A DNA stretch of 64,000 nt from an uncultured Clostridia bacterium. GTDB lineage: Bacteria > Bacillota > Clostridia > TANB77 > CAG-508. Every line of letters starts with the position of its first letter. Within the stretch, counting starts at the first letter, position 1. Below, in pieces: positions 1-9,782 of this stretch. The notes under the pieces were generated by a model. The model had not been told where the DNA came from. It did not search any database and worked only from the letters and a program-made list of their open reading frames with translations. The stretch lies in contig CALXET010000005.1 in the NCBI GenBank assembly GCA_944387405.1, forward strand, positions 30,823-94,822, written 5' to 3'. A program made the position numbers and the translations under genes.

Positions 1-690
1 GATAAAATTATAGAAGAATACAAAGATAATATGGATGAAAAACACATAAATGATATTTTATCCACAAGATATGAAGATATTGTGGAATTAATTAGTCAAA
101 AAGAAGAAAATTTTTCAAATTACAAAGTCTCTGAAAAGAAAATGGAATTGGAAAATGAAAGTATAGTAGAAAATTTAGAGAATCTTGTATCATTAGAAGA
201 AAATTTGGATAGACTATATGAAGAAAAAGATGAACTTGAAAATAAAAATGAAATTTATAATTTAGTAAAACAAAATTTAGAAGAAGCTTATGAAGAAATG
301 AAATCAAATATAACACCTGATTTTATAATAGAAATACAAAATATTATTTCTGAAGCAACAAATGGAAAATATAATAAATGCTTAGTAGACGAGGATGGAA
401 TTAAGGTTGAAAATGAAAATGGAAGTTATATAGATATTGATAGATTGAGTATTGGAACAATAGATATGATTTATTTAGCTCTAAGAATAAGTGCAGCTAA
501 ATCAATAAGTGATGAAAAAATTCCAATAATATTAGATGAAGCTTTTGCATATTATGATAGAAATAGAATGAGAAATATATTAAAATATTTAGATAAACAA
601 AGCAATCAAATACTAATATTTACATGTACAAATAGAGAAATTCAAGTACTAGAAGAGGAAAAAATAAATGCTAATATTATAACTTTATAG
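1..690 (+). CDS. C-terminal part of SMC/SbcC-like (YhaN-type) ATPase, truncated by window start
   Basis: Coiled coil, then ABC-signature-like LSIGT, LALR and Walker B PIILDEAF; frame is open from base 1. Confidence 0.75.
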   Translation, partial: DKIIEEYKDNMDEKHINDILSTRYEDIVELISQKEENFSNYKVSEKKMELENESIVENLENLVSLEENLDRLYEEKDELENKNEIYNLVKQNLEEAYEEMKSNITPDFIIEIQNIISEATNGKYNKCLVDEDGIKVENENGSYIDIDRLSIGTIDMIYLALRISAAKSISDEKIPIILDEAFAYYDRNRMRNILKYLDKQSNQILIFTCTNREIQVLEEEKINANIITL

Positions 691-737
691 TTTTTATAAA
701 TTTTTTATAAAAAAATTAAAAAAATTATAAAAAAATG

Positions 738-766
738 TTGACAACTAAAAAAAAATAGTGTAATAT
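738..766 (+). promoter_or_regulatory. sigma70-type promoter of tRNA cluster
   Basis: TTGACA-N17-TAATAT ~40 nt upstream of tRNA-Lys. Confidence 0.6.
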
Positions 767-807
767 ATAAAAGCAGTTACGAATAAGAACGTAACGCTTT
801 TATTTAT

Positions 808-883
808 GGGCTATTAGCTCAGGTGGTAGAGCACTTGACTTTTAATCAAGTTGTCCCGCGTTCGAGTCGCGGATAGCTCACCA
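808..883 (+). tRNA. tRNA-Lys(TTT)
   Basis: Cloverleaf, anticodon arm CTTGA-CTTTTAA-TCAAG, TTCGA loop, CCA end. Confidence 0.97.
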
Positions 884-913
884 AATATCAAATGCTTGCA
901 TTTGATATTTTAT

Positions 914-988
914 GGCCCCTTGGTCAAGCGGTTAAGACATCGCCCTTTCACGGCGGAGACATGGGTTCGATTCCCGTAGGGGTCACCA
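914..988 (+). tRNA. tRNA-Glu(TTC)
   Basis: Anticodon loop CTTTCAC, GGTTCGATTCC, CCA end. Confidence 0.97.
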
Positions 989-1001
989 ATTTAATTAATG
1001 T

Positions 1002-1077
<76 letters not shown>

Positions 1078-1143
1078 TAGAAAAGTCAACAGTTTTGAGA
1101 ATACTCTTAATTGCTGACTTTTATTTTTTTATGAGGTGATTAA

Positions 1144-1875
1144 ATGGAAAAAATCATAGTTGTAACAGGTGCGTCTAGAGGAATTGGAAGAGAAATTGCA
1201 AAAACTCTTTCTAGAGAAAATAATAAAGTAATTGCTTGCTATAATAATTCAGAAAAAGAAGCAACTATTTTGAAAGAAGAATTAGAAAAAGAAAATAAAA
1301 AAATAGATATTATTAAAGGTGATATATCAAAAAGAGAAGATTGCAAAAAAATAGTTGAATATGTGATAAATAAATATAAAAAAATTGATGTCCTAATAAA
1401 TAATGCTGGTATTTCAACATATAATTTATTTACTGATATTACAGATGAAGAATGGAATAGAACAATAAATACGAATTTAAATTCTGTATTTTATATGAGT
1501 CAAGAAACAGTAAAATATATGATAAAACAAAAAGAAGGATCTATAATAAATATTTCATCAATTTGGGGAATAGTTGGGGCCTCTTGTGAAGTGGCTTATT
1601 CTGTTAGTAAAGCAGGAATAGATGGAATGACAAAAGCTTTAGCAAAAGAACTTGGGCCATCAAATATAAGAGTAAATTCTATTGCACCAGGACTAATTGA
1701 TACTGACATGAATAATGATTTAACAAAAGAAGAATTAGATAATATAATAAATGAAACACCACTTTGTAAGATTGGAAAACCTGAAGATATAGCCAAATGC
1801 ATTAAATGGCTTGTAGAAGACGAATTTACAACAGGCCAAGTAATTTCTATTAATGGTGGATGGTCTATCACTTAA
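1144..1875 (+). CDS. SDR oxidoreductase, FabG/YmfI-like
   Basis: TGASRGIG, NNAG, YSVSK (YxxxK), ISSIWG..GASCEVAY. Confidence 0.85.
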   Translation: MEKIIVVTGASRGIGREIAKTLSRENNKVIACYNNSEKEATILKEELEKENKKIDIIKGDISKREDCKKIVEYVINKYKKIDVLINNAGISTYNLFTDITDEEWNRTINTNLNSVFYMSQETVKYMIKQKEGSIINISSIWGIVGASCEVAYSVSKAGIDGMTKALAKELGPSNIRVNSIAPGLIDTDMNNDLTKEELDNIINETPLCKIGKPEDIAKCIKWLVEDEFTTGQVISINGGWSIT

Positions 1876-1946
1876 AATGGATTTAAAAGAAAGATAAAGG
1901 CAAAAAAGTAATTGTAAAGAAGATATTAAAAAATATTTTAAATAAC

Positions 1947-1977
1947 AAAAAACCCAAACAATAAAGTTTGGGTTTTT
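1947..1977. terminator. Bidirectional intrinsic terminator
   Basis: AAAAACCCAAAC-aataaa-GTTTGGGTTTTT between convergent genes. Confidence 0.75.
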
Positions 1978-1986
1978 ATAAATTTA

Positions 1987-2457
1987 TTAATTTTCTACAT
2001 TATTTTTTGAAGAAGTATAAGTTCCAGATACTAGTTTAGGTAAATATCTTAAAACTTTATATATAGCAAGTTTAATTTTTTTAGAGATTATATAAGATTT
2101 TCTAAGTTTTCTTGGAGAAGATAAACTTAGTGAATCATCTACCAAAATTAAATCTGTTTCTATATGCTCAATTGGAAATACGTAATTTTTTCCGTCATTA
2201 TTATCCCATTCATTTTTACCATTTTTAAAACAGAAAGAAAGATTTTCATTATCTTCAAGTGTTAATTCTGCTTGAAAACCAAGATCAGATTTTTCCATCT
2301 TAATATCATTTACATTATCCCAATTTGGCCCAAATCCATAATGTATATATACATCTTCTGAACCATCTTGAAAAAATCTTCCAGTATATGAAATTTTAAT
2401 TTCTGAATTAGGTGTTAATTTATCTGTGTTAAAAAATATATTTTTACATAATTCCAT
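1987..2457 (-). CDS. Stand-alone starch/carbohydrate-binding module protein (CBM25/CBM53-like)
   Basis: VYIHYGFG.NW, FCFKN..NEWDNNDGKNY motifs. Confidence 0.7.
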   Translation of the reverse strand: MELCKNIFFNTDKLTPNSEIKISYTGRFFQDGSEDVYIHYGFGPNWDNVNDIKMEKSDLGFQAELTLEDNENLSFCFKNGKNEWDNNDGKNYVFPIEHIETDLILVDDSLSLSSPRKLRKSYIISKKIKLAIYKVLRYLPKLVSGTYTSSKNNVEN

Positions 2458-2591
2458 ATTTTATTACTCCTTATATTACTTATCATTTGTTAAATATTAT
2501 TATAATTATAAAATATTGTAAATTCAACAAATTAATACACAAAATGATAAATGTAATAAAAAAAATATATAAATGTAATAATTATGTTAAA

Positions 2592-3158
2592 CTATACGTG
2601 TATTTTTCCTATAATATAGAAATCATCGTCTGGAGTAACAGAAAAATCTTTAACTAATAAATTATCAGCTTTTAGAACTATTTTATTTCTTTTATACATA
2701 AGTTTTCTTACAATAACACTACCATTATAACTGAATAAACCAAATTCTTTGTGTTCTGGTATAGCGTTTAATTCAAGATATACTAAAGTTCCTCTAGGTA
2801 AAGTACCCTTCATTGTATCATCTTGGATCCTAAAAGCAAGTGAGGCATAAGGAATTTTTGCTGGACAAGGAACTAAAGACTCCACATTAGAAATTAGTGG
2901 TATCTTGTCATAAGGGACATTATTAATTAAATTAAATTGTCTTTGATTATCAGTCAATTTTTTATCATATGTATAATATAAAGGCTCAAAAGGAACTTTT
3001 AAAGCATCACAAATTGACTTTAAAGCTTTTTGACTAGGGTTTCTTTCTCCTTTTTCGATATGAGTTAAATGCCCAACATTAATGCCAGTCATTTTAGCAA
3101 GTTCTGTTTTTGACATATTTCTATCTTCTCTTATTTTTGCAATTAAACTACCTAACAT
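2592..3158 (-). CDS. XRE HTH plus S24-like domain transcriptional repressor
   Basis: N-terminal HTH (LAKMTGINVGHLTHIEKGERNPS); C-terminal S24-like fold with degenerate catalytic motif. Confidence 0.75.
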   Translation of the reverse strand: MLGSLIAKIREDRNMSKTELAKMTGINVGHLTHIEKGERNPSQKALKSICDALKVPFEPLYYTYDKKLTDNQRQFNLINNVPYDKIPLISNVESLVPCPAKIPYASLAFRIQDDTMKGTLPRGTLVYLELNAIPEHKEFGLFSYNGSVIVRKLMYKRNKIVLKADNLLVKDFSVTPDDDFYIIGKIHV

Positions 3159-3330
3159 ATAATAAAATCACTCCTATCATAAAACTTTGAATACATTATA
3201 TATAAAAAAGACAAAATTGTCCAGTTTAAAAATCAAAAAAATTCTAGGGAAATAATGGATAAGTAAATATTGCACAAGGATTTATTATGTGATAAAATTA
3301 CAAATGATATAGAAAAAGGAGTATAAAGAT

Positions 3331-5166
3331 ATGGGAAAAGAAAAGAATCTAGAAAGAGAAGACAAAGATATTATTCTAGAAGAATCAAAAGTTAAAAAAG
3401 AAAAAAAGCCTAAAAAAACAAAAGTTAATAAAAATACTCAAGAATATCTAGATCAGTTAATGAAAAGAAGGAAAAAAATCTTTGTAATCTCAATAATTGT
3501 TATCATTTTATTGTTTGTTATAGCAATTGCTCTTACAGCGTTTTCTATTGTAGCGTCAGTAAATAATAAAATAATTAGTGGTGTTACAATAAACGGTGTA
3601 GATGTTTCTGGACTAACAGTAAATGAAGCTGAAGAAAAGCTTAATAAACAAATTGAAGAAACAAAAATTAATGAACTAAATATAGAATATGAGGATTATA
3701 AAAATACAATAATAAGAGATGATTTAAATATTAATTATTCAGTAAAAAATGCTGTTGATAAAGCTTATAAAATAGGAAGAGATAATAATATAATATTAAA
3801 TAATTTTAAAATTATTGGCACTTTCTTTAGTAAAGAAGATATAAGGATTGAAACCTCATATAATACAGAAATGATGGATTCTATTGTTGAAGATGTTTCT
3901 ACAAAACTTCCTGGCCTTGTAGTAGAGTATACATACTGCATTGAAGATGATGAATTAATAATTACACCAGGAAAAGCAGGAATCGCTTTAAATGAAGAAG
4001 AATTTAGAAATGGAATTTTAAACAGATTTGCAGGAAATATATTAAATAAAGATGAGAGCATTATGAAAATTCCAGTAGTAAATAAAGAACCAGATGATAT
4101 AGATATTGAGAAAATATATGAAGAAATACATACAGAACCACAAGATGCATATATTAAAAAAGATCCATTTGAAATTGTTGTAGATAAAGATGGAGTAGAT
4201 TTTGATATATCAATGGAAGAAGCAAAGAAGATAGTTTCTGAAAAAGGAAAAGAAGAATATATTATTCCACTTAAAATCACAAAAGCAAAGAAAACTGTAA
4301 AAGATTTAGGAAGTAAAGCTTTTCCGGATAGACTATCTAGATATTCTACAAGATATGATGCAAGTAATAGAGATAGAAGTACAAATCTAGAACTTTCAGC
4401 AAAAAAAATAAACGGAACTGTATTATTGCCTGGAGAAGAATTTTCTTATAATAAAGTTGTAGGAAAGAGAACAATTGAAAACGGATATAAAAATGCTGCT
4501 GTTTTTTCAAATGGTAGAGTAGAAGATGGATTAGGCGGAGGTATTTGTCAAATATCTACTACTTTATATAATGCAGTATTGCTTGCAAATTTAGAGATAA
4601 CAGAAAGAAGAAATCATTCATTTGTTACAAGTTATGAAGATCCAGGAAGAGATGCTACTGTTGTATATGGTGTTCAAGATTTTAAATTTAAGAATTCAAG
4701 AAAATATCCAGTAAAAATAGAAGCTTCTGTAAAAAATGGCGTTGCAACAATGACAGTAATGGGAATAAAAGAAGACGTCGAATATGATGTAAAAATCAGA
4801 GCTTATAAAACAGCCACAATACCTTATAAAACGGAGAAAAGAAAAAATGCTAATTTAGCAGAGGGAAAAGAAAAAGTAATCCAATCAGGTACAAATGGAT
4901 GTAAAGCTGTATGTTATAGAGACTTATATTTAGATGGTAAAAAAGTAAAAACAGAACTTCTTTCGAGAGATACATATAGTACAATGAAAAGAATAGTAGA
5001 AGTTGGTACAAAGAAAACAAATAAAAAAGATACAACAACTTCTGATAAAAAAGATGATGAAGCTGATGAAGATGAAAAAGATAGTGAAGAAAAAGATCCA
5101 GTAAAAGAAGAGGATGAAGTTAAAGAGCCTGATACTCCAGTGCCAGAAACAGAGACAGAAGAATAA
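3331..5166 (+). CDS. VanW-family cell-envelope protein with N-terminal TM, PG-binding and G5 domains
   Basis: GGGICQISTTLYNA and RRNHS VanW motifs, TM helix, G5-like IVEVGTK, acidic tail. Confidence 0.85.
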   Translation: MGKEKNLEREDKDIILEESKVKKEKKPKKTKVNKNTQEYLDQLMKRRKKIFVISIIVIILLFVIAIALTAFSIVASVNNKIISGVTINGVDVSGLTVNEAEEKLNKQIEETKINELNIEYEDYKNTIIRDDLNINYSVKNAVDKAYKIGRDNNIILNNFKIIGTFFSKEDIRIETSYNTEMMDSIVEDVSTKLPGLVVEYTYCIEDDELIITPGKAGIALNEEEFRNGILNRFAGNILNKDESIMKIPVVNKEPDDIDIEKIYEEIHTEPQDAYIKKDPFEIVVDKDGVDFDISMEEAKKIVSEKGKEEYIIPLKITKAKKTVKDLGSKAFPDRLSRYSTRYDASNRDRSTNLELSAKKINGTVLLPGEEFSYNKVVGKRTIENGYKNAAVFSNGRVEDGLGGGICQISTTLYNAVLLANLEITERRNHSFVTSYEDPGRDATVVYGVQDFKFKNSRKYPVKIEASVKNGVATMTVMGIKEDVEYDVKIRAYKTATIPYKTEKRKNANLAEGKEKVIQSGTNGCKAVCYRDLYLDGKKVKTELLSRDTYSTMKRIVEVGTKKTNKKDTTTSDKKDDEADEDEKDSEEKDPVKEEDEVKEPDTPVPETETEE

Positions 5167-5298
5167 TTAAAAATGAGATTTAAGAAAGAGATAATTTAAT
5201 ATTATCTCTTTCTTAAACTTTTTCTGGAATTTTATTTGTTTCTTGCTATTGACAAAGAATATATTAAAGTATTATAATAATTATTGTTAGTTGTAAAC

Positions 5299-5374
5299 GC
5301 GCCATTAGCTCAGTTGGTAGAGCAGTTGACTCTTAATCAAATGGTCGGAGGTTCGATTCCTCTATGGCGCACCA
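5299..5374 (+). tRNA. tRNA-Lys(CTT)
   Basis: Anticodon loop CTCTTAA, GGTTCGATTCC, CCA end; TTGACA promoter upstream. Confidence 0.95.
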
Positions 5375-5736
5375 ATAAAAGTATTGTAAAATTCAATACT
5401 TTTATTTTTTTTAATAAATTTAAAGAAAATGAATATAATAATATAAAAATTCATATAAAACATTTACTTTACATAAAAAATATGCTATAATTTTAATTGT
5501 CCCAAGAAATGGGAAGGATGTTAAATAGAGGTGATTATTATGGAAGGTTTATACAATTCTCCATATGGAATAAGTCCATATAATATTGAATATCTTCCAA
5601 ATGTAATGTTTGGTAAGGTAGACAAAGAATATTTATAATATAATAAATAATTTTAATTATATAAAATAGAAATAAAGAAGGATTACTATATTTTATAGTA
5701 ATCCTTTTGCTGTATATAAATTTAACGAAGTATTTT

Positions 5737-7041
5737 TTATTCTTCTTTTTTATTGGTATTAGCATTTTCATCCTTTTGTCCTTCTAAATCCTCACTATTT
5801 GAAGATTCTTCAGTTATTTCATCTCCAACTATTTTATAAATATGTTTTAATTCTGATTTTAATGTTGAATTAGTTGAAGAGCTAATATTTTTCTTTCCTG
5901 CTTTATAATCTTCTAAAGCTTTTTCTATATCCATTACTAAATATTTTTGTTTAGATCCTGATGATGACTTATACATATATATAGGAGTGTAAGTTGCACT
6001 ATCAATACTTATTTTACCATCTCCATGTTTAGTGATTTGAAGATCTAATATAATAGATTGCCTTGTATAATCATAGTATTGACCAGACATGAAATTGCCA
6101 AGAGAATATATTATAAATCCATCCTTAGTCGTACCATCTTCTAATTTTATTGTTCTTTTTTCCATTTTTTCAAGTACATGAGGATGACTTCCTAAAATTA
6201 TATCTGCACCATTTTCAAATAAAAAGTCAGCTAATTCTTCTTGTTCATCAGTAGGATTTTGTTTGTATTCAGTTCCCCAATGCATACTAACAGATATCAG
6301 ATCAACATCTAAATCTTTAGCAGCTTGCAAGTCTTTTTTTATTTTATCTTTATCAATAAGATTTACGGCATAAGATTTATCTTTAGGAACAGCAATTCCA
6401 TTTGTACCATAAGTGTATGCTAAAAAAGCAATTTTAATACCTTTAACATCTTTTACTAAAATATTATTACTAGATTCTTCACTATCATATGTTCCCATGT
6501 GATCAATTTTTAATTCATCTAATTCTTTAATAGTGTTAACAATTCCGGTATATCCTTTATCCATACAGTGGTTATTAGCTGTGGATAAAACATCAACACC
6601 TACATCTTTTAAAGCTTTTCCTAAAGCTTCAGGAGTATTAAATGTTGGGTAGCTACTATATCCAATTTTTGAACCAGCAAAAGTTGTTTCTAAATTTCCA
6701 ACAGTAATATCAGCTTGAGATAATTTATCTTTTACATCATCAAACACATATGAAAAATCATATTTTTTACTTGAACTATTATATGCGTCTGTATATTGAG
6801 TATTATGACACATAATATCCCCAATAACAGTCATCTTAATAGTAATATCTTCTACAGTAGCTTCTGCAGGAGCTTTTATAGATGAGTCAGCAGATTGGGC
6901 ACTTTGATTATTTAAATTATTAGAGATATTATTGTTTTTATAAATACCAAAATATATCAAAGCAACTACTAAAACTATCAAAATAGCTAAAAATACAAAA
7001 AATCTAGGTTTAAATCTAGTCTTTTTAGATCTTCTTCCCAT
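5737..7041 (-). CDS. CapA/PGA_cap family metallophosphoesterase
   Basis: GDIMCH, GNLET, ANNHCMD, MHWGTEY, GSHPHV, YSLGNF. Confidence 0.9.
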   Translation of the reverse strand: MGRRSKKTRFKPRFFVFLAILIVLVVALIYFGIYKNNNISNNLNNQSAQSADSSIKAPAEATVEDITIKMTVIGDIMCHNTQYTDAYNSSSKKYDFSYVFDDVKDKLSQADITVGNLETTFAGSKIGYSSYPTFNTPEALGKALKDVGVDVLSTANNHCMDKGYTGIVNTIKELDELKIDHMGTYDSEESSNNILVKDVKGIKIAFLAYTYGTNGIAVPKDKSYAVNLIDKDKIKKDLQAAKDLDVDLISVSMHWGTEYKQNPTDEQEELADFLFENGADIILGSHPHVLEKMEKRTIKLEDGTTKDGFIIYSLGNFMSGQYYDYTRQSIILDLQITKHGDGKISIDSATYTPIYMYKSSSGSKQKYLVMDIEKALEDYKAGKKNISSSTNSTLKSELKHIYKIVGDEITEESSNSEDLEGQKDENANTNKKEE

Positions 7042-7237
7042 AATAAATTTTCCTTTCTATATTAAATTATAAATAGAATATCAAAATTAAAGATAAATAT
7101 CAATATTAAAAAGGTATAATAAAAAAGTTTCAAAAAAGAAAAAGTATTAAAAAAGTATTTAAATTGCCTTAAAAATTTGAAATATTAACAAAAATACTGT
7201 ATAATAAAATCCGATTGATTATTTTAGGAGGTAAGTC

Positions 7238-8821
7238 ATGATAAGTGCAATAGGTGTAACAGTAAGATTCGGAAAAAGAGTTTTGTTTGAAGATGTAAAT
7301 ATTAAGTTTACAAAAGGAAATTGTTATGGTTTGATTGGTGCAAATGGTGCTGGTAAATCAACATTTTTAAAAGTTCTTTCAGGAGAAATTGAACCTAGTA
7401 AAGGGGAAGTGTTAATCGATAAAGGAGAAAGATTATCAGTACTTAAACAAGATCATTATGCTTATGAAGATTATAAAGTTTTAGATACAGTTATAATGGG
7501 AAATAGTGAGCTTTATAATATAATGAAAGAAAAAGAAGAAATATATTCAAAACCTGATTTTTCAGAGGAAGACGGAATGAAAGCTGCAAAGTTAGAAGAA
7601 AGATTTGCAGAATTAGATGGTTGGAATGCAGAATCAGATGCAGCCATATTATTGAATAATTTAGGAATAGACACAGAACTTCATGAAAAACTTATGAAAG
7701 AAATAGAAGCAAAAGATAAAGTAAAAGTATTACTTGCTCAAGCTTTATTTGGAAATCCAGATATATTATTATTAGATGAGCCTACAAACGATTTAGATAT
7801 AAAATCTATTCAGTGGTTAGAAGAGTTTTTAATTAATTTTGAAAATACAGTTATTGTAGTATCACATGATAGATATTTCTTAAATAAAGTATGTACACAT
7901 ATTGCAGATGTTGACTTTGGAAAAATTAAAGTTTATCCCGGAAATTATGATTTCTGGTATGAATCAAGTCAGCTTGCATTAAAACAGATGAGAGAACAAA
8001 ATAAAAAGAAAGAAGAGAAAATTAAAGAATTACAAGAATTTATTGCAAGATTTAGTGCAAATGCTTCAAAGTCAAAACAAGCAACTTCTAGAAAGAAATC
8101 TTTAGAGAAAATAGAATTAGATGAGATAAAACCATCAAATAGAAAGTACCCATATATAGATTTTAAACCTGATAGAGAACCGGGAAATGATATATTAACT
8201 GTAAGTAATCTAAGTAAAACTATTGATGGTGTAAAAGTTTTAGACAATATATCTTTTACAGTAAAAGCTAATAATAAAATTGCAGTTTTGGCAGATAATG
8301 ATAATACAAAAACTGTGTTATTTCAAATCCTTGCAGGAGAGCTTGAACCTGATGAAGGAACAGTAATTTATGGAACTACGATTACACAGTCTTATTTTCC
8401 AAAAGATAATAGTTATTTATTTAATCAAGATTTAAGCATTACAGATTGGTTAAGACAATATTCTAAAGATCCAGATGAGACTTATGTTAGAAGCTTTTTA
8501 GGAAGAATGTTATTTTCAGGTGATGAAGCTTTAAAGAATATAAAAGTACTTTCTGGTGGTGAAAAAGTTAGATGTGTCTTGTCAAAGATGATGTTATCAG
8601 GGGCAAATTTCTTAATTTTTGATGAGCCTACAAACCATTTAGATATGGAGAGTATTACAGCACTAAATGAAGGAATGACAAAATTTAAAGGAGATATGAT
8701 TTTTTCTTCACACGATCATCAATTAGTTCAAACTGTAGCAAATAGAATATTAGATATTAAAGAGAATGGTAAAATAATAGACAGAGAATGTACTTATAAT
8801 GAATATTTAGGATTAGAATAA
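7238..8821 (+). CDS. ABC-F family ATP-binding protein (YbiT/YkpA-like)
   Basis: GANGAGKST, LLLDEPTN, LSGGE, DEPTNHLD; two ABC domains, no TM. Confidence 0.92.
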   Translation: MISAIGVTVRFGKRVLFEDVNIKFTKGNCYGLIGANGAGKSTFLKVLSGEIEPSKGEVLIDKGERLSVLKQDHYAYEDYKVLDTVIMGNSELYNIMKEKEEIYSKPDFSEEDGMKAAKLEERFAELDGWNAESDAAILLNNLGIDTELHEKLMKEIEAKDKVKVLLAQALFGNPDILLLDEPTNDLDIKSIQWLEEFLINFENTVIVVSHDRYFLNKVCTHIADVDFGKIKVYPGNYDFWYESSQLALKQMREQNKKKEEKIKELQEFIARFSANASKSKQATSRKKSLEKIELDEIKPSNRKYPYIDFKPDREPGNDILTVSNLSKTIDGVKVLDNISFTVKANNKIAVLADNDNTKTVLFQILAGELEPDEGTVIYGTTITQSYFPKDNSYLFNQDLSITDWLRQYSKDPDETYVRSFLGRMLFSGDEALKNIKVLSGGEKVRCVLSKMMLSGANFLIFDEPTNHLDMESITALNEGMTKFKGDMIFSSHDHQLVQTVANRILDIKENGKIIDRECTYNEYLGLE

Positions 8822-8871
8822 TATTTGAAATGATTTATAGTTTATTTTAAAATTATGAAAGCGAGGGAATA

Positions 8872-9717
8872 ATGAAGATACATCCAAAAACGAATGAATT
8901 ATTAGAAGGAATAGAACCTATGAGAAAATTCATAGAAGAAAATAAAGGAATAGAGATTCAATATTTTACAAAAAATAAAGATGAATTGGTAGATTTTGGA
9001 GTTAAAAATCCTATTGTAGAATTAATGAAAATTTTTCCTACTTTAGAGGAGATTACTGTACATCCGCCACTTGCTTATCATGAAATAGAATTATTTCTAT
9101 ATAGAAAAAAAGATTTACTAATTGATATATTAAAACAATTAATTGAGTTATCAAATGAATATAACATAAAAATAAACATGATTTTGCATACTGGATATGT
9201 AATTCAACAGCATAAACTTACTACGTTAGATGATATTAAAGAAATTGCAAAATTATTAGAGGGTACAAAAGTTACCATTTTATTCGAAAATATGTTTATG
9301 ATGTATGAAAAAAATACTTGTTCAGTTTTAGAATTATGTGATTTGATTAATAGTGAAAATGTTAAAGTATGTTTTGATATATGTCATTTGTATTGTCAAG
9401 CTACAGCGTGGCATATGCCGATAAAAGAATTTATAAGAATATATTTAGATAAGGAAAAGTGTAAAAAACATGTAAAACATATACATTTTTCAGCAACTTT
9501 AAATGATGATGGTTACATAGTTAGATCTACACACGGAAGATGCCATACCGAAACAGAAAAATTGTTTGAAGATGTAAGTATGTTATTAGAATATGGTATG
9601 GATTCTAAAGATATTAATTGGGTGACAGAAGTATCGGAATTAGATTATAAATTAAGACCTGATCAAATAAAAGAACTTGAAGGGTTAACGAGTTATAGAG
9701 ATAAATATAAAATATAG
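8872..9717 (+). CDS. Xylose-isomerase-like/AP-endonuclease-2 TIM barrel protein
   Basis: ILHTG, LFEN, CFDICH, HIHFS, VTEV metal-ligand pattern. Confidence 0.65.
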   Translation: MKIHPKTNELLEGIEPMRKFIEENKGIEIQYFTKNKDELVDFGVKNPIVELMKIFPTLEEITVHPPLAYHEIELFLYRKKDLLIDILKQLIELSNEYNIKINMILHTGYVIQQHKLTTLDDIKEIAKLLEGTKVTILFENMFMMYEKNTCSVLELCDLINSENVKVCFDICHLYCQATAWHMPIKEFIRIYLDKEKCKKHVKHIHFSATLNDDGYIVRSTHGRCHTETEKLFEDVSMLLEYGMDSKDINWVTEVSELDYKLRPDQIKELEGLTSYRDKYKI

Positions 9718-9782
9718 AAAAGTGCAATTTATGATAAGAATTAAATTACCAAAGTTAGATCTACAGGAGGAAAATAATTAAA

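Noticed and set aside
3765-4280. Antisense and nested ORFs in the track (e.g. 92-316, 7969-8247, 14293-14619, 30621-31070, 32459-32774, 58693-59100)
   Set aside because: Shadow frames of well-supported genes, without SD or motifs
3331-5166. VanW as evidence of vancomycin resistance
   Set aside because: No vanHAX/vanRS genes nearby; VanW-G5 proteins are common envelope proteins in Clostridia
5284-5490. ORFs overlapping tRNAs (also 23668-23934 and 24518-24757)
   Set aside because: They are translations of tRNA genes or their antisense strands
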